DNA of 64,000 nt, from positions 9,713-73,712 of the forward strand of contig PMNA01000023.1 in the NCBI GenBank assembly GCA_003162055.1, given 5' to 3'. Position 1 is the stretch's first letter. Every line of letters begins with the position of its first letter. Position numbers and translations under genes: made by a program. The notes beneath the pieces are model-generated. The model saw only the letters and a program-made list of their open reading frames with translations, ran no database searches and was not told where the DNA came from. This DNA is from Actinomycetota bacterium (GTDB lineage Bacteria > Actinomycetota > Thermoleophilia > Gaiellales > Gaiellaceae). Shown here one piece after another: positions 38,726-47,462 of the stretch.

Positions 38726-40240
38726 TTACCCGGTCGGTTGAACCACGCTGAGCGGACGCGGGCTGGCGGTCAAGGTGCCCGTCCCGAGCTCACCCTCGTC
38801 GTTTCCGCCCCAGCACTTGACCGCGCCGGCGGCGATCAGCGCACAGCTGTGAAGAGCGCCGGAGCTGATCGAGACTGCGTGCTTGATCCCGAGCACCGTG
38901 ACGGGCTCGGCGCTGTCCCGGAACGTTCCGTTACCGAGCTCTCCGTACTGATCCGCGCCCCAGCACTTGACCGCGCCGTCGGCGATCAGAGCGCAGGTGT
39001 GAAAGCCGCCCGAGCTGATCGAAACAGCGTTCGTGATACCCGGTACCTGAACCGGTATCGCGCTGTTCAGCAGCGGTTTGGAGGAGAGGTCGCTGGCGGT
39101 GATGTAACCCCAGCACTCGACCGTGCCGCCGGAGATGAGCGCGCAGGTGTGAAAGGCGCCGGCGCTGATCGCGATCGCAGTCGTGATCCCAACGACGCGG
39201 GTGGGAGACGGAACTGCGTGCGGTCGTGTCGGGCTGACCGTGCCGTTTCCGATCTGGCCGTCTGCGTTATAGCCCCAACACTCGATCGTGCCGCCGGAGA
39301 TCAGAGCGCAGGTGTCCAGGAAGCCGGCGCTGACGGCGACGGCATTCGAGACGGTGCTGACCCGCACCGGGCTCGAGACTCCGTAGGGCTTGGCCCAGTT
39401 CAGGCTGTTGATGCCGAGCTCTCCCGTCTCGTTGTCACCCCAGCAGTAGAGCGAGCCGTTCGCGAGCAGGGCGCAGGTGTGGGCCGCACCCGAGCTCGTG
39501 GCGACGACGCCGCTCAGTCCGCCGACGGAGATCGGGGTCGAGCTGTTCGTCAACGTGCCGTTGCCCAACTCGCCGTCCGAGTTGGTCCCCCAGCAGCTGA
39601 TCGTGCCGGCGGTAGAGACGACACAGCTGTGCTTGTAGCCGCTGTTCACCGCGATCGCGCCTGAGATTCCGCCCACGGAGACGGGCATCGAGCTGTTCAT
39701 CGCAGAGTTGTCGCCAAGCTCACCGTCGAGGTTGTAGCCCCAGCACTTGACGCCGCCGCCGCGGACGAGGATGCAGGTCTGCGCGCCGCCGGCGCTCACG
39801 CTTGTGGCGTCCTTGACCGGCTGGGCGGCGAAGATCGAGAATCTCAGCGAAACGAGATTACGGTCGGAGCGGAGACGCAGACGGTAGGCGCCGGCTCTGA
39901 TCGCCCTCTGACCGAAGATGTGCTTGACAGTCGTGCTGTGGGTACCTGTGAAGCGTCCCTTCAGCCTGACGGAGCGAAGTGCGATCCATCTTCCGTCCCG
40001 CTTGCGCTGCAGCAGGTAGGAGAAGCGGCTGCTCGGGTGGTGGAAGCGGTAATCGAGCCCGATCTCGCTTGCCTGTGTGGGAGCCAGTCTCGTGGCGGCC
40101 AGCCTGGCGCTGAGCCTTCCTGCGCCGGGAGCCGTTCTCGCCGCCGGGGACGAGGCAATTCGGCCGCCGAGGGGCAACATCGCCGCGCCTAAAAGGACGA
40201 CACCGAAGACGGTGGAACGAAGCCTTAGGTGGCTAGACAT
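38726..40240 (-). CDS. secreted RCC1-repeat protein (single 7-bladed propeller) with N-terminal Ig-like module
   Basis: The ORF is open to 40312. I prefer the ATG at 40240 (MSSHLRLRSTVFGVVLLGAAMLPLG, a signal peptide). There are seven blades of type xxCWGxNxxGELGxG. Confidence 0.85.
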   Translation of the reverse strand: MSSHLRLRSTVFGVVLLGAAMLPLGGRIASSPAARTAPGAGRLSARLAATRLAPTQASEIGLDYRFHHPSSRFSYLLQRKRDGRWIALRSVRLKGRFTGTHSTTVKHIFGQRAIRAGAYRLRLRSDRNLVSLRFSIFAAQPVKDATSVSAGGAQTCILVRGGGVKCWGYNLDGELGDNSAMNSSMPVSVGGISGAIAVNSGYKHSCVVSTAGTISCWGTNSDGELGNGTLTNSSTPISVGGLSGVVATSSGAAHTCALLANGSLYCWGDNETGELGINSLNWAKPYGVSSPVRVSTVSNAVAVSAGFLDTCALISGGTIECWGYNADGQIGNGTVSPTRPHAVPSPTRVVGITTAIAISAGAFHTCALISGGTVECWGYITASDLSSKPLLNSAIPVQVPGITNAVSISSGGFHTCALIADGAVKCWGADQYGELGNGTFRDSAEPVTVLGIKHAVSISSGALHSCALIAAGAVKCWGGNDEGELGTGTLTASPRPLSVVQPTG

Positions 40241-40385
40241 TGCGTGAAAGGGTTCCCCTCGAAGCCCGCAGTCCGCTCTGGTCGAGATTGGCTCTTCCAG
40301 ACGTTCTTTCACGGTAGCTGCAGCGCTAAGGGCTACGTCGAGCGGGCTCGGGCGCCGAAGGATCTAGCGAACGGTCGGGTGCCGA

Positions 40386-40817
40386 CTAGAGCCGTGCCCA
40401 GCTCTGACGGCTGAGGAAGAAACCGTGACCCCGGAGGTTGCGGCAGGTGAGGCCCGTTCTGGTCGCGCGGCATTTGAACGGGCCGTAACGCCAGGTCTTG
40501 CCGTAGGCAAGCATGGGCGCCTTGGTCGGGTCAGGCAGCACAACATCGCTGACGCAGCCGATCCTGGCGCGTCCCTTGGCGCTGAGCGTGAGAGTTCCAC
40601 CGTAGTCGAACTCGCAACCCTTAGGCCGAGCCGGCTTCGGCTTGAGGCCGCTTGTGATGTCACAACGCAGCCAGGCCGGCTGAGATCCGGTGTAGGCGCC
40701 ACAGACGATGTTATGAGAGGGCGTCTGAAAGCCCTTGAGCCCCGACTGCGAGGAAGCGGACGCCGATCCGCTCAGAACGACTAGAGCGACAGCGGCGGCG
40801 GCGAGCGAGTACTTCAC
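40386..40817 (-). CDS. small secreted Cys-containing hypothetical protein
   Basis: 143 aa. A signal peptide (MKYSLAAAAVALVVLSGSASA) precedes a mature part with 6 Cys (TPSHNIVCGAY...LRCDI...GCEFDY...IGCVSD...FKCRATRTGLTCRN). Confidence 0.55.
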   Translation of the reverse strand: MKYSLAAAAVALVVLSGSASASSQSGLKGFQTPSHNIVCGAYTGSQPAWLRCDITSGLKPKPARPKGCEFDYGGTLTLSAKGRARIGCVSDVVLPDPTKAPMLAYGKTWRYGPFKCRATRTGLTCRNLRGHGFFLSRQSWARL

Positions 40818-40886
40818 CAGAGCGATGATAATTCGAAGCCGCTCGTAATGCGATCGAAATTGGGCTAGGCGCTAGCGCGCGTCGAG

Positions 40887-41099
40887 GTGCGAGCCATGGC
40901 CTTCGAGCAGATGGGCTTCGGCGTGGCGGTCGTGCTCTTCCTCGATGCCACGATCGTTCGCTCGGTGGTGCTTCCGAGCGTGCTCAGCCTGCTCGGCGAC
41001 AGGTGTTGGTATCTGCCTTTCTGGCTCGGCTGGCTGCCTCGCGTTGAGGTGTCGCGCCATCCGCAGGCGCAGGCCGCGCTGTCGCCCGAAGCCGGCTAG
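40887..41099 (+). pseudogene. 3'-terminal remnant of an MMPL/RND-type membrane transporter gene
   Basis: The 70 codons read GFGVAVVLFLDATIVRSVVLPSVLSLLGDRCWYLPFWLGWLPRV, which is the characteristic last TM segment and tail of MmpL proteins. The frame is closed by TAG at 40866. Only about 70 nt separate it from the neighbouring minus-strand gene, so the ~900 upstream codons are absent. Confidence 0.6.
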
Positions 41100-41100
41100 C

Positions 41101-43665
41101 TCAGCTCAGGAGGCTGACGACTTCGACCGGGGTCGAGCTGTAGTCGAGCGCGCCGATCCCCAGCTCGCCGGCGGTGTTGTCGCCCCAGCATTTGACCGCG
41201 CCGCCGCTTGAGAGCAGGGCGCAACTGTGCGAAGCGCCGGCGCTGACGTCGAGCGCGCCCGTGATCGCACTCACCGCGACCGGGCTGGAGCTGTTCGTGG
41301 TCGAGCCGTTGCCAAGCTTGCCTTTCGTGTTGTCGCCCCAGCAGTCGACAACGCCGGTTGAGAGGACGGCGCAGCTGTTCGACGAGCCGCTGCTGATAGT
41401 GAGGGCACCGCTGATGCCGCTCACAGCTACCGGCGCCGAGCTGCTAGTGGTGGAGCCGTTTCCCAGCTCGCCGGCCGAGTTGTTACCCCAGCACTTGATC
41501 GTCCCATCGGAGAGCAGAGCACAGCTGTGGTCGTAACCGGCGGCAACGGCCTTCGCGCCTGTGATACTGCCCACCGCGACCGCTGTCGTACTGTCGGTGG
41601 TGGAGCCGTTGCCGAGCTGACCGGCGGAGTTGTCGCCCCAGCACTCGATCGTTCCGTCGGAGAGCAGCGCGCAGCTGTGGTCGTAGCCGGCAGCAACGGC
41701 CTTCGCGGTGGTGATACCGCTGACCTCGACCGGGCTCGCGCTATCGGTGGTCGTGCCGTTGCCGAGCTGGCCCTTGGAGTTGCTGCCCCAGCAGTAGACC
41801 TTGCCCGAGGCGACGGCGCAGCTGTGCGACGAGCCCGCGCTGATACCGAGCGCGCCCGTGATGGTGGCGACCGCGACCGGGCTCGGGCGGTTCGTCTTCG
41901 TTCCGTCGCCGAGCTGGCCGGCGGCGTTGCCCCCCCAGCACTCGACCGTTCCATCGGTGAGCAGGGCGCAGCTGTGTGACGAGCCGGCGGCGATGCTCTT
42001 GGCGGTAGTCGTGAGACCGCTGACCGCGACCGGAGTCGGGCTGCTCGTCGTGGAGCCGTTGCCGAGCTGACCGGCGGCGTTACTGCCCCAGCACTCGACC
42101 GTTCCGTCCGAGAGAAGAGCGCAGTTGTGTGTGTCGCCGGCAGCGATTCCGCCGGCGCTCGTGAGCACGCTAGCGACGGGCGTCGCGCTGAAGTTCTGAG
42201 CACCGCCACCGAGCTGGCCGGTGTCGTTCTTGCCCCAGCACTTGACCTTGCCGCCCGACAGGAGCGCGCAGGCGTGACTACTGGCGCCGGCGCCCGCGCT
42301 GGCGCTGACCGCTGTCGCCGCGCTGATACCGCTCACCGCGACGGGGGTCGAGCTGTCGGCGGTGGTGCCGTTACCGAGCTGGCCGCTCGAGTTCTTGCCC
42401 CAGCACTTGACCTGCTTGTTGGCGAGCCGAGCGCAACCGAAGCCGCTGCCGGCACTGACCGAAGTGGCGGTCGAGATGGACTTGACCGTAGCGGGCGTGG
42501 GCTTGTAGTCGATGCCGCTCTTGTCCTTGCGGCCGTGGCTCGTCGCTCCGTCGCCCAGCGCGCCCATGTCGCCGCGGCCCCAGCACTTGACGGTGTGGTT
42601 GGAGAGGACGGCGCAGCTGATGTCGTTACCGGCGCTCACTGCGATCGCCGTCTTGATCCCGCTGACCGTCACGGGCTTCCTGCTGTTCGCCGTCTTGCCG
42701 TTACCGAGCTGACCGAAGTGATTGTTGCCCCAGCAGGCGACTTTGCCGCTCGAGAGCAGGGCGCAGCTGTGGCGGTAGCCGGCGCTGATCGCCTTGGCCG
42801 CGATGCCGCTGATGCTGAGCGGGAGCATGCTGTAGCTCTTACTACCTCCGATGTCGCCGGAGTTGTTGCGACCCCAGCACTTGACCGCGCCGCCGGCGAG
42901 CAGAGCACAGGAATGGTCGGCGCCGGAACTGACCGCGACAGCGTTCACTATCCCGCTCACCGAGATCGGGATCGAGCTAATGCTCGGAACTTTGAAGCCG
43001 CTGCCGAGCTTGCCGTTTGCGTTGTCGCCCCAGCACTTGATCAATCCGCCCGCGACGACAGCGCAGCTGTTGAACCCCCCGACCGAGAGGGACTTGGCGT
43101 TCTTGAGCCCGTTGGCTACGACTGGAGTGAGGCTGCCCGTGGTCGAGCGGTTACCGAGCTGGCCGTAGGCGTTGCCCCCCCAGCACCTGATCCTGCCGCC
43201 CGAGATGATGGCGCAACTGTGCGTATCCGCGGCGCCGACCGGGGCGGTCGCTGCCTTGAGCGCCTTGACGACGTCGAACAAGAGAGTGGTGCGGGAGGCG
43301 CCGGCGCTGAGCACGAGGCGGTAGTGACCGAGCGCGATCTTCCTCTTCCCGTTGACCTTGGCGATGATCATGCTGCGGCTGCCCTTGAAGCTTCCGCTGT
43401 GGCTGACGCTCCGTAGCAGGCGCCAGGACGTCCCCTTCTTGAGCGAGAGCTGGTAGCCGAAGCTCGAGCTCTTGCCCGAGAAGCGATAGAGAAGGCGCAC
43501 CGAGCCGATCTCGTTCGGCGCGAAGGGCGATTCGCTCAGGCTCGCGCTGATCTTGACGGCTTGCGCGGCAGCTGGAGCTGAAGCCGCCGACAGTCCGGCG
43601 ATCAGGGTCGAGAGGAGAAGTAAGCCGAGCAGCGAGCCAATGACTGGACGACGGTGAGCGCGCAT
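41101..43665 (-). CDS. secreted RCC1-repeat protein (14 blades, i.e. two propellers) with N-terminal Ig-like module
   Basis: The ORF is open to 43740. I prefer the ATG at 43665 (MRAHRRPVIGSLLGLLLLSTLIAGLSAASAPAAAQA). I counted 14 CWGxNxxGQLG blades. The N-terminal ~100 aa are colinear with the N-terminus of 38726-40240. Confidence 0.88.
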   Translation of the reverse strand: MRAHRRPVIGSLLGLLLLSTLIAGLSAASAPAAAQAVKISASLSESPFAPNEIGSVRLLYRFSGKSSSFGYQLSLKKGTSWRLLRSVSHSGSFKGSRSMIIAKVNGKRKIALGHYRLVLSAGASRTTLLFDVVKALKAATAPVGAADTHSCAIISGGRIRCWGGNAYGQLGNRSTTGSLTPVVANGLKNAKSLSVGGFNSCAVVAGGLIKCWGDNANGKLGSGFKVPSISSIPISVSGIVNAVAVSSGADHSCALLAGGAVKCWGRNNSGDIGGSKSYSMLPLSISGIAAKAISAGYRHSCALLSSGKVACWGNNHFGQLGNGKTANSRKPVTVSGIKTAIAVSAGNDISCAVLSNHTVKCWGRGDMGALGDGATSHGRKDKSGIDYKPTPATVKSISTATSVSAGSGFGCARLANKQVKCWGKNSSGQLGNGTTADSSTPVAVSGISAATAVSASAGAGASSHACALLSGGKVKCWGKNDTGQLGGGAQNFSATPVASVLTSAGGIAAGDTHNCALLSDGTVECWGSNAAGQLGNGSTTSSPTPVAVSGLTTTAKSIAAGSSHSCALLTDGTVECWGGNAAGQLGDGTKTNRPSPVAVATITGALGISAGSSHSCAVASGKVYCWGSNSKGQLGNGTTTDSASPVEVSGITTAKAVAAGYDHSCALLSDGTIECWGDNSAGQLGNGSTTDSTTAVAVGSITGAKAVAAGYDHSCALLSDGTIKCWGNNSAGELGNGSTTSSSAPVAVSGISGALTISSGSSNSCAVLSTGVVDCWGDNTKGKLGNGSTTNSSSPVAVSAITGALDVSAGASHSCALLSSGGAVKCWGDNTAGELGIGALDYSSTPVEVVSLLS

Positions 43666-43777
43666 TGGGCGGGAATGATAGCCCCGGAGTCGCGGCTCGA
43701 CCGCTTCAACCAATAAGAAGGCCACGAGAACCGGCACCATCCGCGAAGGCCCGAAGCGGCGTGCTCGGCCGCCGGAG

Positions 43778-44719
43778 TCAGCGTTTGCGCGGGCCTCTAC
43801 GCCGGGCTCGGCTTCTACCGGCTGGCCTCTTCTTCTCGCTTTCCTCGGTCAAGGGTTCCAGATGTGTGGTGACGGTGGCCTGCGGAAGGGCCGCGACGAT
43901 GTCGCGCTCGACCTTTTCGAGCAGCTCGTGGCCGCGGGCGATCGTCCAGTCCGAAGGCGCTTGCACGGCGAGCGAGACGAACGAGCGGCGGCCGGAGCGC
44001 CGCGTCATCAGCGCCCTGAAGGCGATTCCGTCTTTGCGGTAGGGAGCGAGCGCGGTCTCGACCAGAGCCTGTTCCTCGGCCGGCAGCGCACGGTCCATCA
44101 GCCCCGCGCCCGAGCGACGGATCAGGCGCACGCCGGTGAAGACGATGTTGAGCGCGACCACGCTGGCGATGATCGGATCGAGCGGGCGCCAGCCGCTGAT
44201 CGCCGCCGCGAGCACGCCGACGACGACGCCGGCCGAGGTGATCACGTCGGTCATCAGGTGGCGGCCGTCGGCCTCGATGGTGATCGAGCGATGCCGGCGC
44301 CCGGAGCGGATCATGGTCGTGGCCACACCCAGGTTGACGAGCGAGGCCGCGATCGATATCGCCAGCCCCGGCCCAACCGACTCCAGCGCCTGGGGATGGA
44401 GCAGTCGCCCTACCGACACGTAAGCGATCGCCATCGCCGCGCCGAGGATGAACATCCCCTCGGCGCCGGCCGAGAAGTACTCGGCCTTCTCGTGCCCGAA
44501 GGCGTGCTCCTCGTCGGGCGGGCGGGTTGCCCAGCGGATCATGACCAGTCCCACGATCGCCGCCAGCAGGTTGACCAGCGACTCGACCGCATCGGAGAGC
44601 AGGCCGACCGACCCGGTCAGCCGCCAGGCCACCGTCTTCATAGTGATCGTCACCAGCGCGGCGGCGATCGACAGCCACATCAGGCGGGTCAGGAACGTTC
44701 GCTCGGAGGTTCCGGTCAT
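43778..44719 (-). CDS. cation diffusion facilitator (CDF) family divalent-metal efflux transporter
   Basis: 313 aa with six TM segments. It has LLSDAVESLVNL, the HAFGHEKAEY loop, HLMTDVITS (HxxxD) and a C-terminal cytoplasmic domain. Confidence 0.88.
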   Translation of the reverse strand: MTGTSERTFLTRLMWLSIAAALVTITMKTVAWRLTGSVGLLSDAVESLVNLLAAIVGLVMIRWATRPPDEEHAFGHEKAEYFSAGAEGMFILGAAMAIAYVSVGRLLHPQALESVGPGLAISIAASLVNLGVATTMIRSGRRHRSITIEADGRHLMTDVITSAGVVVGVLAAAISGWRPLDPIIASVVALNIVFTGVRLIRRSGAGLMDRALPAEEQALVETALAPYRKDGIAFRALMTRRSGRRSFVSLAVQAPSDWTIARGHELLEKVERDIVAALPQATVTTHLEPLTEESEKKRPAGRSRARRRGPRKR

Positions 44720-44834
44720 CTCGCCGGGGAGCGTAGCGGCCTAAGCCGCGAACCGGCAGTGAAAGAACGGCGTCTTGAACCTGCGCCCGGCAGCGGCCGT
44801 CGCGCTCCGGAGAACAGCACTGTGTTTCTTGCCG

Positions 44835-45308
44835 TTATCCCTTCTTGGCCGTCCAGGTCGTCTTGAGCTGACAGGCGGCGATGTCCAGCAGCCCGGTCGA
44901 GCTGGTGCCGATCGTCTTCGAGAACTTGATCTTGAGCTTGCCGCTGGCCGAGCTGCCCTGGATACGCCGGGTGACGCTGATCGTGGTGCTGCTCTCGCCC
45001 GTGAAGGTCATCGTGAAGCGCCCGTTCTTTATCTTGCTGGGCGTTTTCAGCGAGACGGCATAGAGAACCAGCTTGCTGTTGCCCGTGACCGCGGAGCCGC
45101 AGAGAACATTGGGCGAGGCCTTGAACGACAGCGCCTTCGTGGCCGTCGCGCGCAAGCTGACTTTTACCTTCTGCTTGGTCTTGCCCTTGTAAGTGGTGCT
45201 CGCGCTCGCCGCGCCGCCGCCGCCGACGAGGGCCAGGGCCAGGACGAGAATCGCAACTACCCGGATCCGCCGCCTCGAGCCCGCGTGCGTGCGCGTGAAG
45301 GCGTGCAT
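44835..45308 (-). CDS. small secreted Lys/Thr-rich hypothetical protein
   Basis: 157 aa with a GGAGG Shine-Dalgarno upstream and signal peptide RIRVVAILVLALALVGGGGAASA. The composition predicts beta-rich structure. No family recognised. Confidence 0.5.
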   Translation of the reverse strand: MHAFTRTHAGSRRRIRVVAILVLALALVGGGGAASASTTYKGKTKQKVKVSLRATATKALSFKASPNVLCGSAVTGNSKLVLYAVSLKTPSKIKNGRFTMTFTGESSTTISVTRRIQGSSASGKLKIKFSKTIGTSSTGLLDIAACQLKTTWTAKKG

Positions 45309-45421
45309 AGGAACCTCCTGGAATTAAAAGTTTGTTGCGGAATCGCCAGGCGAATATATGACCGTCGGGGACGTATTCCAGCGCGGGTTTTCCGCCCGGT
45401 CGGGGACGGCAGACCGCCGTC

Positions 45422-45823
45422 TCAGCGCACGATTACGCGCAGCGCGTACGAGCTACCGACTTCGCCGCCGCTGCGCAGGTATTTCAGCCTGAGCGTCGTC
45501 GTGCCCTTGGCCAGCGCCTTGAGCCGGAGCTTGTAGGTGCCGCCTGCGCCGACGAGGTGCTTCGGATTGAGGTCGGGAACGTACTTGATCGAGTGTGGCT
45601 TCAGCACTTCTCTCTTGACCGACCCGATCTTCCACGCAAAGCCGGTGGTGACGTTCGCCTTGAGCGAGACGAGGAGCTGGTCGCCGACGTGCAACGAGAC
45701 GCTCTTTCCGTTCTGGGCCGAGCCGACGCCGACGATCGTGCCGTTGCAGGCGACGGCGAGCGCGGACGAGAGTGCGACGAGTAGGGCGATGGAAACGGCG
45801 ACGGCAGTTCGGGCGGTCTTCAT
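45422..45823 (-). CDS. chagasin/ICP family (MEROPS I42) cysteine-peptidase inhibitor, secreted
   Basis: I prefer the ATG at 45823, preceded by GAGAGGAGAA (the ORF is open to 45901). A signal peptide MKTARTAVAVSIALLVALSSALAVAC is followed by the family motifs ANVTTGFAW (NPTTGYxW-like) and VGAGGTYKLRLKA (GxGG). Confidence 0.7.
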   Translation of the reverse strand: MKTARTAVAVSIALLVALSSALAVACNGTIVGVGSAQNGKSVSLHVGDQLLVSLKANVTTGFAWKIGSVKREVLKPHSIKYVPDLNPKHLVGAGGTYKLRLKALAKGTTTLRLKYLRSGGEVGSSYALRVIVR

Positions 45824-46098
45824 GATTCTCCTCTCGCGCGCATTGGACGATCGCTGTGATTGTAGGCGGGAAAGTCGAGAAGCCCGATCGCGTGGACGCA
45901 CTCGGTCTCGTGGATCATCCCCGGCTCCCCCGAACGGGTCATGACCATCCCCGATTCAGCCGCGAACATGTGTGTTAACGCGCGGCGGCACCGAAACGCG
46001 CGAATGCGGCATCACTAGTGAGTTACGAGCAGGTCGGCTTGGCTGTCCGCGAGCGCGGGCGGTGAGCGCGTCCTTGAGCCCCAAGGAGACGAAGCAGA

Positions 46099-47301
46099 AT
46101 GCCCCCGATTCGGAACTGCGCGATCGCGTTTGCTGTCGTGGTATCGATCTTTGTTGCGGCCGGTAGCGCCGGCGCGGCAACGGTTTACAACAACATCCCG
46201 AGCCCACTGGGCGGGAATTACCCGAGCGTGAGCTACGAGGCGACCCAGACGGCCGAGTTCGGCGGACTGGTCGAGTTGGCCTCCGGCGATCGGACGAATC
46301 CGGTCGTGACGGTGACGATGAGCAGCTGGGGCTGTCAGAGCGGCGGCTCGACGACGGGTAATTGCGTAACAACGCCCGGTGCTGTTTTCACCCTGCCGAT
46401 CACGCTCAATATCTATGCCGTCAACGCAGACGACTCCGTCGGCGACCTGCTTGCCTCCGACACGCAGACGTTCAAGATTCCCTATCGTCCATCCGAGGAC
46501 GACACGAACTGCTCGGGCGGCAGGTGGTACGACTCCGCGGAGAATCACTGCTACAACGGTTTCGCGCACAACATCAGTTGGGATCTCGGCGGGCGCACCT
46601 TGACCCTGCCCGACAAGGTGATCGTTTCGGTGATGTACGACACGACCCACTACGGCTACCAGCCGATAGGCGAAGCGGCGCCCTGCTACAGCAAGTCCGG
46701 CGGCTGCGGCTACAACTCGCTCAACGTGGCGGTCGTTCCTAACTCGCCTTTCGTGGGAATCGATCCGCTTCCCAACGCCGCCTACACGAGCTCGACCTGG
46801 AGCGGCGCCTACAACGACGGCGGCTCCGCGCTGGGCATCTTCAGGCTCGACCCGGTCGGCTGGACGGGCCTACGGCCGGCGATCCGCATCGAGACCTATC
46901 CGCTGCAGACGGGACCTGCCGGAACCGATGGCTCCTCCTGCACGGTCGCCGACAACGGTGACGGCAGCAAGACCATCTCCTGTAGCGACGGAACCGCGGT
47001 CACCGTCAGCGACGGGACGAACGGCGCCACTCCCGCGGTCACGGTGGCGCGTCCGAACACGAAGATCGTGAGAGCCAAGATTCGCGCTGCGAAGCACAAG
47101 GCGACCTTCGCCTTCAAGGGCTCCGGTGGTACGGGCAGGCTCATCTTTCAGTGCCGGCTGGACGGGAAGAAGTTCAAGTCCTGCCGCTCGGGCAAGACCT
47201 ACAGGCACCTGAAGCGCGGCAAGCACGTCTTCCGGGTGCGGGCCAGGGGCTCGAACGGCAAGTTCGATCTCACTCCCGCAAGCAAGAAGTTCAAGATCTA
47301 G
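46099..47301 (+). CDS. secreted Cys-rich protein of unknown family with basic C-terminal module shared with 22610-25483
   Basis: 400 aa, AGGAG Shine-Dalgarno, signal peptide AIAFAVVVSIFVAAGSAGA. A ~270-aa domain carries several Cys pairs. The last 82 aa are colinear with the C-terminus of the PIG-L/PKD protein. Confidence 0.65.
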   Translation: MPPIRNCAIAFAVVVSIFVAAGSAGAATVYNNIPSPLGGNYPSVSYEATQTAEFGGLVELASGDRTNPVVTVTMSSWGCQSGGSTTGNCVTTPGAVFTLPITLNIYAVNADDSVGDLLASDTQTFKIPYRPSEDDTNCSGGRWYDSAENHCYNGFAHNISWDLGGRTLTLPDKVIVSVMYDTTHYGYQPIGEAAPCYSKSGGCGYNSLNVAVVPNSPFVGIDPLPNAAYTSSTWSGAYNDGGSALGIFRLDPVGWTGLRPAIRIETYPLQTGPAGTDGSSCTVADNGDGSKTISCSDGTAVTVSDGTNGATPAVTVARPNTKIVRAKIRAAKHKATFAFKGSGGTGRLIFQCRLDGKKFKSCRSGKTYRHLKRGKHVFRVRARGSNGKFDLTPASKKFKI

Positions 47302-47462
47302 CGCCGGTGGCGGCCTCTTGCGGCACGGCGGGCGCCTTGTCTCGGAAGCCCAGGGCGGGGCGCTCGCGCTACTTTCTCGGGCGGAGTAGCTTCTACGTAG
47401 GCCGATTGCCGACCGAACTTTCCCCGAAAACCCCTGCATAGCTGTACGCTCCCCGCCACACG

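Noticed and set aside
42127-43416. A 429-aa plus-strand ORF lies antisense to the large RCC1 gene. Similar ORFs occur at 38693-39664, 41427-42209 and 23999-25228.
   Set aside because: These are antisense or off-frame readings of repetitive GC-rich coding DNA. The products are low-complexity (Ala/Arg/Asp/Gly) and lack starts with ribosome-binding sites.
45963-45976. CGAACATGTGTGTT is a second LexA-box-like sequence, between the chagasin gene and 46099.
   Set aside because: The right arm reads GTGT instead of GTTC, giving two mismatches in the essential core. That is too degenerate to call.
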